The notes under the pieces were generated by a model. The model saw only the letters and a list, made by a program, of their open reading frames with translations. It was not told where the DNA came from and ran no database searches. The position numbers were made by a program, and so were the translations under genes. A stretch of DNA of 64,000 nt from IMG/VR virus record IMGVR_UViG_3300032080_000002, positions 11,192 through 75,191 of that record; one strand, written 5' to 3'. Positions 17,133-28,247 of this stretch are shown here, piece by piece. This DNA is from a virus. Position 1 is the stretch's first letter, and each line of letters opens with the position of its first letter.

Positions 17133-19538
17133 TTATATTGTATTTGATAAACTCATTTCAGGAACTTCGGATTCTCTAATATCCGATATTTCCCCTCTAC
17201 GAAGTTTGATTAGTTTCTCTTGATCGTTTGCGCTTTCGTTGATTCCTTTGATTCTAATTTCCTCGTCTCTGTCTTTTTTATACTGAGTCTGAGTCGCTTC
17301 AAATTCCATTCTCATTTGTTCTAGTCTCGCTTTGAATGAAGTTCTTTCTTGTTCTGTTTGGAGTTTTAATAATCCCTCGGCTTCCAAAATTTTCATCTGA
17401 GAATTAAAATCAATTTCTTTTTGTCTCAGTTTTAAATCAGCTTCTAATTGGATTGTAATTCTTTTCTCTTCATTAGAAATTCTTGATGCCTGGATATTTC
17501 CGTTATTGGCTTCCTGAATTTTTTGCATTTCCAAATCCTGATTCTCTTTTTTACGCTTATCTATTTTAAGTCTCAAAGTTCTCAGTGCAACTTTCTTGTT
17601 TCGGATATTCAGAATTTCTTCACCATCCAAAGGATCTATAACTCCCTGAGTAACGTAAGTGTTAATATTCTGAATCAAAGCCATTCTCTCTTGTCTTGTC
17701 GGAACGTAGTCTTGGTATATTCCGAAATAATGTGATGATCTATTTTTATATTTTTCCAGAATCTCTACATCATCTGTGCCAATCATATCAATATACTTGT
17801 CTCTGATATTACTCCATTTGAAAATATCATTAATTCTTGAACTTACAACTTGGAAAACTAATATTGACCACGTATGTAAAGCATCGCTGTAATCCTTCAT
17901 TTGAGTGTTGTCCGACAATCTGTAAGGCTCAACATCAAACAATGTTTTATTATCTGGCTTAGCCTGATCAAACCCTAAATAACCAAACGATTCATCAAGT
18001 AATTTTATATCTTCCACAAACTGAATCATTAATGCTTGAAGCGCATAAGGAATTCCTGTGGGTATTTCAGATAATGCTCTATTTCCTTGTGTTGGCTCTC
18101 CGTCTTCATCCAATGTTTTTCTGAATGCAATATCCAAAGAAAAGTAAAATGATAACACTTCTTCCGGAGTAAGTTTTTTATTGCCCAACGAAATGTTCGC
18201 GATCATATCCGGATCTATTTCAGAAATAATTCCACGTAGTTTATTTCGTTGGTGTAGGATTCTGTATCTCAACTCCTGAATAGAGTCTACTCTTCCTTTA
18301 ACTTCTTCTACAATAGAATTGTATCCTTCATCTGTAATACGTGGCGCAAATGGGATGTATGGTGGCAGAATGTTTCCTTTATACTCTGGCATATTATCCA
18401 TTAATCTATGTCTGATTACTTTTCTTTCGCCACTAAGCACCATAATGCCTTCATACCAAACATTCCAATTTGAATCTATTTTTTCTGAAACATCTGATTT
18501 GTAATTGGGATCAGGTTTATATTCCTTTGGTGTGCCAATGTCACTTGTCCTATCTATAATTTTTACAGCGTTTGTTTTTCTATCAACTTTCTTTTTAAAT
18601 ACAGATTGATGAAATGTTTCAAAGTTATAATAAAGAACTCTAATCAAAGTTTTATTATCATCAATATCATCAGCAATAGTTGCGTTTACCATTTTCTGAA
18701 TATCGTCATCAGTCAAAGTTATTTTAGAAGCTTTTGCAATATTTTTTATTTGAGATATTGTAATTAGTCTTTCTTCGCCAAAATAACTACAGTCGCTAAA
18801 ATATGGATCATTTGTTTTTGAGTGAATAAAGTTTTCAGGTCTTACCCATCTAATTTTAATTCCTTCGACTTTACATGTCTCAACGGCAGCTACAGCAAGT
18901 CCGCATTCTACTGCATCCTTTAAGGCTTTCTTCTGTGTTGAGTTAAATTTATTTTCATGGGAAACTGATTGTAAAACTAATTCTTCTGCAGTCTCAATTG
19001 ATAATGGTTGTTCTGTTAATTCTTCAAGTTCAACTTGTTCTTGTGATTCCGGAATTTGTTCTGCAGGAATGTCTGTAAAGCCTCCATTAATTTGAGCCAT
19101 CTGTTGAATGAAGTCTTTTGCATAAAACAAATCCATCTTCTCATTCTTCCTTGCAGACTTTTCTTCTCTAGCTGTTGGATCTAAAGCATAAACAGAAGGT
19201 GAAAACTCCTTCATGTCAACACTATTGTAAACCTTTCTTAAAAGCCTTGGAAGTAGATTTAATTTATCTTCCCAATCTATATGCAGGAATTCGTCGCTAA
19301 TATATCTACGCTTGATATTTTTCTTACATCTATCAATGGGTTGTTTACCGACAGCGTACAATCGATTTTCTTTAAATGTCTGTTTGTTTCTGTCAAGTTT
19401 ATTTGCCCATTCGCTCCAAATAGCTTCGGCATACTTTTTCCCAAAGTCAAAAGAATCTTTCTCTTCGTTGGAAACTAATTCGTTTGGATAATTGTAACTG
19501 TTTATCATGTTATTAATTTGCGACTTTAAATAAATCAA
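17133..19538 (-). CDS. Portal protein (crAss-like)
   Basis: 801 aa next to TerL; YPNELVSNEEKDSFDFGKKYAEAIWSEW N-terminus and long coiled-coil C-terminus as in crAss-like portals. Confidence 0.8.
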   Translation of the reverse strand: MIYLKSQINNMINSYNYPNELVSNEEKDSFDFGKKYAEAIWSEWANKLDRNKQTFKENRLYAVGKQPIDRCKKNIKRRYISDEFLHIDWEDKLNLLPRLLRKVYNSVDMKEFSPSVYALDPTAREEKSARKNEKMDLFYAKDFIQQMAQINGGFTDIPAEQIPESQEQVELEELTEQPLSIETAEELVLQSVSHENKFNSTQKKALKDAVECGLAVAAVETCKVEGIKIRWVRPENFIHSKTNDPYFSDCSYFGEERLITISQIKNIAKASKITLTDDDIQKMVNATIADDIDDNKTLIRVLYYNFETFHQSVFKKKVDRKTNAVKIIDRTSDIGTPKEYKPDPNYKSDVSEKIDSNWNVWYEGIMVLSGERKVIRHRLMDNMPEYKGNILPPYIPFAPRITDEGYNSIVEEVKGRVDSIQELRYRILHQRNKLRGIISEIDPDMIANISLGNKKLTPEEVLSFYFSLDIAFRKTLDEDGEPTQGNRALSEIPTGIPYALQALMIQFVEDIKLLDESFGYLGFDQAKPDNKTLFDVEPYRLSDNTQMKDYSDALHTWSILVFQVVSSRINDIFKWSNIRDKYIDMIGTDDVEILEKYKNRSSHYFGIYQDYVPTRQERMALIQNINTYVTQGVIDPLDGEEILNIRNKKVALRTLRLKIDKRKKENQDLEMQKIQEANNGNIQASRISNEEKRITIQLEADLKLRQKEIDFNSQMKILEAEGLLKLQTEQERTSFKARLEQMRMEFEATQTQYKKDRDEEIRIKGINESANDQEKLIKLRRGEISDIRESEVPEMSLSNTI

Positions 19539-21774
19539 ATATTTCTATGTTAGTAATTGTCTCTTCTGTTTTAGGCTGTCTCTTTCTATACTTGGTTGTA
19601 TTGGCTAAGACCGCTAATTGTAAAGCCACGGTACTATCACATTTCTTCCTAATATCGCCTGTGTATATTTGGAGTTCTTCTAATAATTTTAGATAAGGAA
19701 TTTTCATATCATCTTCATCTACATCATCATTAATATTTTCAAAGATAAAGGTTTTTAATGATTCTTCCTGATAAGGAACAGTTGCCGGTGAAGAATAAAT
19801 TCCTCCATACTTTTTACCATCATTCGACAATTCTGATTTAAGTTTGGTCGGATCTTCTAAAACGTAACCTCTATAACCTCTTTTATAAAGCGTAGTCACT
19901 AATTTATCTTTGTTAGTTTCGGGTAAAACCGGCATAGAAAAATAAACCATTGCTTTAATTACATCATCGATTGCTTCTTCAATTGTGTTCGGTCTGTGAT
20001 TATAGTATAAAAATACTTTATTTCTTTCATTCTCCGCAAGTAAAAATTCATTATTTTTTGTAACTCCAACGAATCCCTGATTTGAACCGGTTCCATATTT
20101 TGCTCTGTCTGATTGATATGGATCGACACCGAATGCTCCAAGATCAGTATTCACAGGACAACGTCTACCTCCGTCTTTTACGTTAACCTGATTTCTAAAT
20201 TCAACTAATGGCATCCATGAAGATTGAAATCTACCATTTTTTGATCTTTTCATTTCTACTCCTTCCGGATTATCTTGAATTCCGTTCTTCCAAAATAAAT
20301 CAAATCTTGTCACTAATAATTCGTACTTAGGATTCTTTTCAAAAGTCTTTAGGAAGTTTGCGTGATTGGTAACACCTTCTGTTCCGTACATACTGCTTGC
20401 ATCTTCATCTAAGAATGCATCGGTGTCTACTCTTGGGTTGTTACGTTTCTGAGCATTTAGTTTCTTTTGATTGCCGGCACAGGCAGATTCTTTTGAATCT
20501 AAATATTGTTTTGCACCAATAGTCACTGTTGTTCCTCTTTCATTTGCTATTTCTAATCCATCTGGATTATCATAGATTACCCATCCATATTCATCAAAGA
20601 AACCTCTTGTTGAATAATCTGCAGGAATAAATATTGCGTATAATCCGGTACTCGTTTGACCAATATCATTTCTGTTATTTGTCTTTGAGTTTGTATAAAA
20701 TTCCTCGTAGTTCTTTCCCCCTTTATTTGGTGGATTGGCTGTTGATCCGCAAATTGCTTTTCCTACAATATCCGAACCTACCTCATGTGTCATTTTGTGA
20801 GCTTGTTCCCAATACTCATTAATGTCGAGATTACCTTTAAATTTTCCAATCTCGTCATTTCCAGATAATGTTACCTCCGATCCATCATAAGCATCGACTG
20901 TTGTTGCTAATGGCTCTATATAAGTATCAAGTCCTGTATCATCCGTGGAAGATTTATTATTAAGTGTAATTTTCTTCTGAGGGGAGTTGAATTCTAATTT
21001 AGATTTTGGTTTAGCTTCACCGGTTCTTTGTGGCTGTAGATGTTTTGGGAATTTAAGAAATGGTCTTACAATGTGTTTTGTAAATAAATTCTTGGCATCA
21101 CCATCAGTTTTAGAAACAATTGGATAATAACCTTGTCTCTTTGTGATTGAACTCCGTAGCATTTCACTTGCCAAAGTAACAGTGAAAGAAGATCTTCTTC
21201 CTTTTAGCATGAGACTGCCATAGCATCTATTATCAGCATAACAAGCTTCTAGAAATATAAAATAATCTCGTTGTGTAATCCTGAAATCCGGAAATTTACC
21301 ATCAGTTAAAGTATAGTGTTGAAGGAAGAAATAATATCCTCCTGGAATATAAATTACTTCACCATCGATATAAATGAATTCACCTTCAAACTTTCTCTTG
21401 ATATCAGCATCAATAAATGATTTATTATTATTGAATACAGAAACAATTATACTATCTTTATTTGATTCGTCGGTATTGTTTTTATCGAAGTTAGCAAGTT
21501 GTTTAGGTACATCGTACCGTTTCCATTTCTGAAACTTAGCTTGTAGATTATATCCTCTTGCTTGTTTAGGTGCTTTAGGAAGTCCTATTTTGAGATTTTC
21601 TATTTCTACGATCTGACCTAATGTACCGTCTTTTGAAATTATAATTAAATCATATTCTTTATTGTATCCGTATTTCCATGACAATTTTTTATTACCTTCC
21701 TCGATTACATCTTCTGAGATATAATCATTTAAAATAGTATGTAGACTTCTTCTATATTTTTTTTCAGACTGCAT
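19513..21774 (-). CDS. terL: Terminase large subunit (crAss-like)
   Basis: 753 aa; YGYNKEYD...IGLP N-terminus, LKGRRSSFT Walker A, GNDEIGK Walker B, GAFGVDPY nuclease motif. Confidence 0.9.
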   Translation of the reverse strand: MQSEKKYRRSLHTILNDYISEDVIEEGNKKLSWKYGYNKEYDLIIISKDGTLGQIVEIENLKIGLPKAPKQARGYNLQAKFQKWKRYDVPKQLANFDKNNTDESNKDSIIVSVFNNNKSFIDADIKRKFEGEFIYIDGEVIYIPGGYYFFLQHYTLTDGKFPDFRITQRDYFIFLEACYADNRCYGSLMLKGRRSSFTVTLASEMLRSSITKRQGYYPIVSKTDGDAKNLFTKHIVRPFLKFPKHLQPQRTGEAKPKSKLEFNSPQKKITLNNKSSTDDTGLDTYIEPLATTVDAYDGSEVTLSGNDEIGKFKGNLDINEYWEQAHKMTHEVGSDIVGKAICGSTANPPNKGGKNYEEFYTNSKTNNRNDIGQTSTGLYAIFIPADYSTRGFFDEYGWVIYDNPDGLEIANERGTTVTIGAKQYLDSKESACAGNQKKLNAQKRNNPRVDTDAFLDEDASSMYGTEGVTNHANFLKTFEKNPKYELLVTRFDLFWKNGIQDNPEGVEMKRSKNGRFQSSWMPLVEFRNQVNVKDGGRRCPVNTDLGAFGVDPYQSDRAKYGTGSNQGFVGVTKNNEFLLAENERNKVFLYYNHRPNTIEEAIDDVIKAMVYFSMPVLPETNKDKLVTTLYKRGYRGYVLEDPTKLKSELSNDGKKYGGIYSSPATVPYQEESLKTFIFENINDDVDEDDMKIPYLKLLEELQIYTGDIRKKCDSTVALQLAVLANTTKYRKRQPKTEETITNIEIFDLFKVAN

Positions 21775-22294
21775 ATCTTTCTATCATTGTTGGTAGTTCA
21801 TATTTTTCTTGTTTCTCATTATTGACTGATTCGGGATCATCAAGCATTGCTATTCTATCTAATATTAATTTCGCTAAATTAGAAGCGATAACTTTTGATT
21901 TTGCAATAGATGAAAGATGATCATCAGAAACATCTTCTGAGTCAAACAAAACAGCTCCTTCTAATTCAGACTCTTCTATTTCTCCAATATCTCTACAGAT
22001 TATTGTGGTTAATTCATGCCACGTTGTAATCATTCCTTGAATAATTCTTTTCTTATATTTTGAATCATTACTCTTATCTATATTGATAATATCCATTAAT
22101 TCAACAATCGAAAGATATATCTGCTCCCTAGACTGTACAACTTTCAAAAGTCGAGACTCTACCACCTTGCCTTGTTTCCTTGGATATGTAATCTTAGAAT
22201 CCAACTTAGTAAGTAAACCATCAATAGCCTGTTTAATAAAATCAGGCATATCTTTTTTGGCTTGCTTAATAAAGGCTGATTGACTTCCTATCAT
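21764..22294 (-). CDS. Putative terminase small subunit
   Basis: 176 aa directly upstream of TerL; FDSEDVSDDHLSSIAKSKVIA...ILDRI resembles crAss-like proteins upstream of TerL. Confidence 0.5.
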   Translation of the reverse strand: MIGSQSAFIKQAKKDMPDFIKQAIDGLLTKLDSKITYPRKQGKVVESRLLKVVQSREQIYLSIVELMDIINIDKSNDSKYKKRIIQGMITTWHELTTIICRDIGEIEESELEGAVLFDSEDVSDDHLSSIAKSKVIASNLAKLILDRIAMLDDPESVNNEKQEKYELPTMIERYAV

Positions 22295-22296
22295 AG

Positions 22297-22683
22297 TTAA
22301 TCCATTAATAAATCTATTCCGATTCTGCTTTCTAAAATGTTTCTAATTGAAACATCTACGTCGCTTTCACCTCTTTTTTTATTCTTCTTAAAATAGCGGA
22401 TGCTAATTTTTTTATTTAAATATGCACATATCGCCTCTTCATTTTTATAAGTTTTCCAAAAGAAATTTTTTAATGCTAATCTTTTTTCGTCGCCAAATAA
22501 ATATTGTGAATGACAACTTCTTTGTACAGCACTTAAATTATCTTCTTCACACTCCATTAAAGCTAATAATACAGCATTATAAGCATTGGATGAATACATT
22601 TTGTTCGCTGTTATCTCCAAAGCCCCTAAGAGTCTTGAAGTCTTACTTAATGGTACAGCAAAGCCTGCTTTTGAATTTTGCAT
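22297..22683 (-). CDS. Hypothetical protein, first gene of packaging operon
   Basis: Start trimmed to MQNSK; -7 element TACATTTG at 22699-22706. Confidence 0.6.
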   Translation of the reverse strand: MQNSKAGFAVPLSKTSRLLGALEITANKMYSSNAYNAVLLALMECEEDNLSAVQRSCHSQYLFGDEKRLALKNFFWKTYKNEEAICAYLNKKISIRYFKKNKKRGESDVDVSIRNILESRIGIDLLMD

Positions 22684-22742
22684 GTCTATATTTGATAACA
22701 AATGTAATCTTAAACACGTTAAAGTTGCACTTTGCTAATGTT

Positions 22743-23531
22743 ATGAAGACAACCATCCAAGATATAGTTGAAGAAATTTTTTTAGAATCTCAGTCGGCAG
22801 ATAGTATATTTAGAAATAAAGAAAGGTATCTAATGTATAGATATGCAAAATCGGGATTGAATAAACTGAATCTATCTTTTGCTTCTAATTTAAAGGGAAT
22901 TAATACAGAAATTCCATTTAGTTGTAAAGTTCAAAAACCGGACGACTACTACCAATTTGTTCGCGCATATTTAATTAATTGTGATGGAAGGACTATTGAA
23001 ATTAATCGTAACCCAAATATTCCTGATAAAATTTTTCACTATCTTTTAAATTGTGATGGAACATTGATAGAAACTTGCGATGAAAATTCATTGGTAGACG
23101 AATGTTTAACATGTAATCCTTCAAAGGGAAACACGTGTGATATTAATTGCGGAACTTGTCATGGGGATGGATATTACTTACCAAAAGTAATGAAACAATT
23201 ATTAGATGACTTGGCTAAATATAAGGATTCTTGGATTAGTACGGATGGAGATTTTTTCGAGTTTAGTTCTGATTTGGAAGGAATGTCGGTAATAATTGAA
23301 TACATCGGAAATCAGGCGGGAAGCTTATCTGAATGTCAGATATTTATTGATGAAGAAATGGCAGATCCTCTTATGTATTATATTCGATGGAAGCTTTTAG
23401 AGAATGGTCAGGATACAATGCAGCAGTCTCAATATTTTAAAAATATGTTTAAGAATGCAAGAAATAAAGTAGCTATAAGTAGAAACGCTTTGAGTGCTGA
23501 GGATGTTTATTCCATAATGTTAATGCGATAA
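22743..23531 (+). CDS. Putative tail ring/tubular protein with Cys-rich insert (start MKTTIQ)
   Basis: Trimmed from ORF 22422..23531, whose first 107 codons mostly overlap the opposite-strand gene and the promoter region; precedes tail stabilisation gene. Confidence 0.6.
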   Translation: MKTTIQDIVEEIFLESQSADSIFRNKERYLMYRYAKSGLNKLNLSFASNLKGINTEIPFSCKVQKPDDYYQFVRAYLINCDGRTIEINRNPNIPDKIFHYLLNCDGTLIETCDENSLVDECLTCNPSKGNTCDINCGTCHGDGYYLPKVMKQLLDDLAKYKDSWISTDGDFFEFSSDLEGMSVIIEYIGNQAGSLSECQIFIDEEMADPLMYYIRWKLLENGQDTMQQSQYFKNMFKNARNKVAISRNALSAEDVYSIMLMR

Positions 23532-23532
23532 A

Positions 23533-26500
23533 ATGGCAAAAGTAATAAATAATTTTACATCAGGAAAAATGGATAGTGATACTCATTATTCATTACTTGA
23601 AAATAAGGACTATGTACGAAGTGAAAACCTTCGTATTATTGGAGAAGGTGACGATGGTTCATTAAAAAATTTACGTGGAAGTTTGGAAGTTTCAAACTAT
23701 TCTGAAAATAAACAAATGACCGTAATTGGTCATTATGAAGGATTGAATAATAAATCTTTTTATTTTCTTGCTCAGCCAAACGGAAAATCTAAAATTATTG
23801 AATATGATGTAGAGACAAAAGTTTCCAGAGTCATAATTCAGGACACTACTGTTTTAAGATTTGATTTAATCAGATGGAATCAAGGTCAATTAATTTTTCC
23901 ATTTAAATTTTTACTTAGCATTAATCAGGTTGGAGACTTGTTGATATTCTCACATGAGGTATGGAGAAATATTAGATGCGTAAACCTATCAAGACTTCAA
24001 GATTACGCTTCCGGATTTACTGAGGAAGATATTATGTTGGCTAAAAAACCACCATTCCAAGAGCCTAAAATACTTACTCTTTATAATGATCCAAAATTAA
24101 ATGATGAATCAAGAAAAGACAAGTTTATAAGTTTCGCATATCGTTTCAAATATAAAGATGGAGATTATTCTTCATTATCATTTTTCTCCAAAGTAGCTTT
24201 TCAAACAAAAGAGGTTAATCAATTTGCTATAAACGCTGAGCGAGAGAATCTTGCAATGGTAAACAAAACTAATGCTGTAAAGTTATTAGTATATTCAGGA
24301 GGTAAGGATGTTACTGATATTGAAGTTTACGCAAGAGAGCATAATAAAGGTTCTACTTATCTTATTTTTTCATTCAATAAAGCAAACAATAATAATTACG
24401 GAAATAATATTTTACTTCCTGAGATTACTTATACATATTCTAATAACTACAAAGTATTACCAAAGGATGATGCCAACTTAATTTATAATAATGTACCCAC
24501 ATTCCCTAAAGCACAGGACGTAGCAGGAAATAGAGTCTTTTTCGGAAACTATAAAGAGGGATATGATTTAGGTGATGCTGCCAAAATCCAAATGGATTTA
24601 AAAATAACATTCGAACAGCCAACCGGTAACAATAATGAATCAGTAGTTTCTTTATTCTCAAATAAAGTCGGGATAGTATATTATGATGACTATAACGTAA
24701 GCACAACTGTTTTAGGAAATCAAAACCAAGAATTAAATGAAATACTTGTTCCCTTCGAAAGAAGGTTTACAAAAAATTCTATCAAGGCAAAATTAAGTAA
24801 TCAACCACCTGCTTGGGCTACCAAATTTAAATTCGTAGTAAATTCCCAGGAATTAACTTATGAAATTCTTTACATTACACTTGCTAAAAAATTAGGATCA
24901 AAGATATATTTATTTCTTTCCGGAGATAATTTAAATAGAGTAAAAAAAGGAGATATTCTTACAAGAATAGATTCATTAGAAACAACACCAATAGAATATA
25001 AGGTTTCAGACGTAAAAGAATATGGAACTAATGATGGTCTAACTATAAAAGGAACTTATGCATTAATAGAATCAGACACCCCTTTTCCTGTAAGTGGAAA
25101 CGGAGCATCAAATGTTTCAATGTCTTATAAAATATGGAATGGTGATGGTAGTGTTATTGACTCAGTAAATGGGTCTACAGATTCACGAAGATTTGATTCT
25201 ACAAGCGGATATCAAGGTAACGGAATGAGTGGAGATTATTATGAATCTGCGCTAAATAAAACTAGACTTAAGAAAAGCGACTACGGGACAATATTTGAAG
25301 GAGATACAGTTCGTGTATCAATAAGATTCCATTATTCATTAGATACGAAAGGAAGAGGCGACGGTTCTCATCCTGCAGATATGGGAAGCATTACAGTAGT
25401 CAAAGAAATGTACGCTTCAAAAAACTACCCAAGTATTTATGAACTTCTCATAGAACAATTTCAATATTCATATTTAAACATTTCTTCAGGATCAAATGAT
25501 ATTTGGATTGGCACAAATAGAGAATATATTGATATAGTTCAAGCGTCCGGTATTCAAGCTTATACGATAAATCCACATGAAACAAGTTCAGGTAGAAACA
25601 GACGATTATTGGTGCAAGTATTCAATGATATTAATGTAACTAGAGGAATTAAACCTATAATATTTAGAACAAGAAACTTAGAATTACAAAGCGATTTTTA
25701 TTTTGAAACCCCAAATACTTTTAGCATACAGAATGGTCAACATATTGGTGCGGGATCAGATGGCTATTTTGATACAGGATTTCATAATTGTTATTGTTGG
25801 GGCAATGGTATCGAAAGTTACAAAATAAAAGACAAGTTTAATGCTAAAAAATTAAGATATGATTTTAGACCGAATGCAGTAGAAATAAAAGGATATAGAC
25901 AAGTTCATAGAAAGTTTGATATTACTTATTCAGGAATATATAATTATGATCTTGGTATAAATAATCTATCGGAATTCAATGCCACATTAGCGAATTGGAT
26001 TACGTTACCAATAAATTACGGAGAGATCCAAAGACTGATTTCTTTAGGCGGGAATATTACTGCTTGTCTTACAAATAAATTCATTGATGTATTTTATGAA
26101 AAGTCCATTATTGCAGATATGCAAGGAATTGAAACAGTAGCATTGAGCGATAAAGTATTAGGAGGATATAAAGCCTTAGATTACGAATATGGAGTTTCTT
26201 ACAATCCTGAAAGCGTAGTTAAGTCAGGAAACGCAATTATGGCTGTGGATAAAAATAGATCAAGATTCCTACTAAAGCAAGGATTTGAAGTTCAAGAGCT
26301 AAATGCAGCAACAACAGGTTTTCATAAAGAAGGAATTGAATTACTCGAAACATATGATTCTTTCCAGGCAGTTTACGATGATGCCCACGGAGAATATATT
26401 GTAAGCTTAAATAATGAAAAATCTATTTCATTCTCATTGATGACAAAAGGATTTGTTAATTATTACACATATAAATCTGATTTTTTATTTAGTATGAATG

Positions 26501-27126
26501 GAAAACCATTTGTTTCTTATAAAGGAATTCTTTACCAAAATGAAGTAACCGAAAATTATAGCAATTTTGCAGGACAAGGAACACTAAACGTAAAAGTAGT
26601 TTATGTAGTAAACCCAGAAATTGATAGTGATAAAGTATTCAAGGCAATATTCTTACAAAGTAATACACCCTGGAATACTAAAATTAGAACTAATTATACA
26701 GAGAGTGAAATTACAGAAAGTCTTTATGAAAAGAAAGAAAGTTTCTATTATACAAACTGTTTCAGGAATGTTTCAGGATACAACACTTCTGCAGGACTTG
26801 GAATTATAAAATCCATTAATTTAAACCTCGTTGAATTCGGAAGAAGTTTTGATAATAATGTAAGTGTTGGAGATTTTTTAATGTTAGAAAATTCAACTAC
26901 AGAATATGAAATTTTAGAGATTAATGGAAATTCACTAACTTTATCAAATGTAATAGGTTTAATGGTAGGAAGTTTTGCTTTTGCAATAAAAAAATATGTT
27001 GGAGGATATAGACCTGATGGAGATCCAATTCGAGGAAAATGGATGGAGATCACATTAGAGAAAATGACGGACGAATCAATTTACATAACTTCAGCATCGA
27101 CAGAAATAATTAAAAGTTACTTATGA
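23533..27126 (+). CDS. Tail stabilisation/nozzle protein (P22 gp10 / crAss-like)
   Basis: 1197 aa; NNFTSGKMDSD start, FSFAYRFKY-DG-YS-LS, NRVFFGNYKEGYD, NGIES, RGKWMEI motifs. Confidence 0.8.
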   Translation: MAKVINNFTSGKMDSDTHYSLLENKDYVRSENLRIIGEGDDGSLKNLRGSLEVSNYSENKQMTVIGHYEGLNNKSFYFLAQPNGKSKIIEYDVETKVSRVIIQDTTVLRFDLIRWNQGQLIFPFKFLLSINQVGDLLIFSHEVWRNIRCVNLSRLQDYASGFTEEDIMLAKKPPFQEPKILTLYNDPKLNDESRKDKFISFAYRFKYKDGDYSSLSFFSKVAFQTKEVNQFAINAERENLAMVNKTNAVKLLVYSGGKDVTDIEVYAREHNKGSTYLIFSFNKANNNNYGNNILLPEITYTYSNNYKVLPKDDANLIYNNVPTFPKAQDVAGNRVFFGNYKEGYDLGDAAKIQMDLKITFEQPTGNNNESVVSLFSNKVGIVYYDDYNVSTTVLGNQNQELNEILVPFERRFTKNSIKAKLSNQPPAWATKFKFVVNSQELTYEILYITLAKKLGSKIYLFLSGDNLNRVKKGDILTRIDSLETTPIEYKVSDVKEYGTNDGLTIKGTYALIESDTPFPVSGNGASNVSMSYKIWNGDGSVIDSVNGSTDSRRFDSTSGYQGNGMSGDYYESALNKTRLKKSDYGTIFEGDTVRVSIRFHYSLDTKGRGDGSHPADMGSITVVKEMYASKNYPSIYELLIEQFQYSYLNISSGSNDIWIGTNREYIDIVQASGIQAYTINPHETSSGRNRRLLVQVFNDINVTRGIKPIIFRTRNLELQSDFYFETPNTFSIQNGQHIGAGSDGYFDTGFHNCYCWGNGIESYKIKDKFNAKKLRYDFRPNAVEIKGYRQVHRKFDITYSGIYNYDLGINNLSEFNATLANWITLPINYGEIQRLISLGGNITACLTNKFIDVFYEKSIIADMQGIETVALSDKVLGGYKALDYEYGVSYNPESVVKSGNAIMAVDKNRSRFLLKQGFEVQELNAATTGFHKEGIELLETYDSFQAVYDDAHGEYIVSLNNEKSISFSLMTKGFVNYYTYKSDFLFSMNGKPFVSYKGILYQNEVTENYSNFAGQGTLNVKVVYVVNPEIDSDKVFKAIFLQSNTPWNTKIRTNYTESEITESLYEKKESFYYTNCFRNVSGYNTSAGLGIIKSINLNLVEFGRSFDNNVSVGDFLMLENSTTEYEILEINGNSLTLSNVIGLMVGSFAFAIKKYVGGYRPDGDPIRGKWMEITLEKMTDESIYITSASTEIIKSYL

Positions 27127-27533
27127 TACATGATAAATTTAGAACGATACTTCCAGAAGATATAACCGAGGTTAATAATTGGCTTCATCATCAAGGTTTA
27201 AATAAAATCCCTGAGCCAATGTATCCGGATACAGGAATTATTATGCAGGATGAAAATACAGGGGAAGGAATTTATATGGGTTTTGTATGGAAGACTAATA
27301 GTAAGCTTTGTCAGGTTGGTTTTATAGCAAGGAATAAATCTTATATAAAGACAAATCCTTCGGAGCAAACCCTTAAGATATTTGTACATCAGTTACTTTT
27401 GTATGCAAATAGTCTAGGTTTCGATTTTATAGCAACGTGGTCTCAAGATACTACTTTAGTTAATTGTTTTAAAGAAATTGGATTCACAGAAGCTTCGAAT
27501 CGAACATCAGAATTAATAATTCAAATTAAATAA
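27123..27533 (+). CDS. GNAT-like acetyltransferase at start of ejection module
   Basis: 136 aa; ...LVNCFKEIGF GNAT-like end; position conserved in podoviruses. Confidence 0.55.
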   Translation: MIHDKFRTILPEDITEVNNWLHHQGLNKIPEPMYPDTGIIMQDENTGEGIYMGFVWKTNSKLCQVGFIARNKSYIKTNPSEQTLKIFVHQLLLYANSLGFDFIATWSQDTTLVNCFKEIGFTEASNRTSELIIQIK

Positions 27534-27535
27534 AT

Positions 27536-28246
27536 ATGCCAATAGCATTAGTAGCAGTAGCAGCAGTAGGATTAGGACTCAGTGTATATCAAACTGTAGA
27601 TGCTAAGAAAAAAGAAAAAGAGGCTAAAAAAGCTGCCGAAGAATACGAAAGACAACAATTGAAGAATCCTTACGAAAATCTTCAAGTCTCTACGTTAGGT
27701 GCAGAATTACAACAACAGAATTTAAATAATCAGGTTGGTACGGCTGTAGACACTTTGAGAGCAGGGGGAACAAGAGCAATTCTTGGTGGATTGCCAACTA
27801 TCTATGATAGCGTTATACAATCTAACAATCAAATAGCAGCAGGTTTAGATCAGCAATATAATCAAAACCAACAATTAGCGGCACAAGGTTCGGCAATGGT
27901 TCAGAACATGAATGAGCAAAGAGAAAACAATGATCTGTTAGGAATTGGAAATGCAATTAACACCTACAGACAAGAATATAATCAAGGATTAAATAATACT
28001 ATAAAATCAGGCGTAAATGTTGCAAATGCTGTATCTACACTTCCAACATCTAATACTACTTCTACAACAAACAATAATTCAAATCCTAATTTTGGAAGAG
28101 CAGGTATTTTTGGAACACCTGCAGTAGCAATAAAATCAACTAATTTAAATAATAATTTAATTGCACCAACGAATACTTCATCTACGCAAAGTTATCAAGA
28201 CTTGATTAATAAATACAATAATTCTTTATATAGAATAAGAGGATAA
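27536..28246 (+). CDS. DNA ejection/pilot protein
   Basis: Hydrophobic G/A-rich N-terminus then Q-rich coiled coil. Confidence 0.6.
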   Translation: MPIALVAVAAVGLGLSVYQTVDAKKKEKEAKKAAEEYERQQLKNPYENLQVSTLGAELQQQNLNNQVGTAVDTLRAGGTRAILGGLPTIYDSVIQSNNQIAAGLDQQYNQNQQLAAQGSAMVQNMNEQRENNDLLGIGNAINTYRQEYNQGLNNTIKSGVNVANAVSTLPTSNTTSTTNNNSNPNFGRAGIFGTPAVAIKSTNLNNNLIAPTNTSSTQSYQDLINKYNNSLYRIRG

Positions 28247-28247
28247 T

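Noticed and set aside
17133-21774. Intein or intron in portal/TerL
   Set aside because: ORFs are continuous, sizes fit crAss-like orthologues, and no intein splice or LAGLIDADG motifs were seen.
22422-22742. 107-aa N-terminal extension of the ring protein in the ORF track
   Set aside because: Overlaps the opposite-strand gene and promoter region; the ATG at 22743 is the plausible start.
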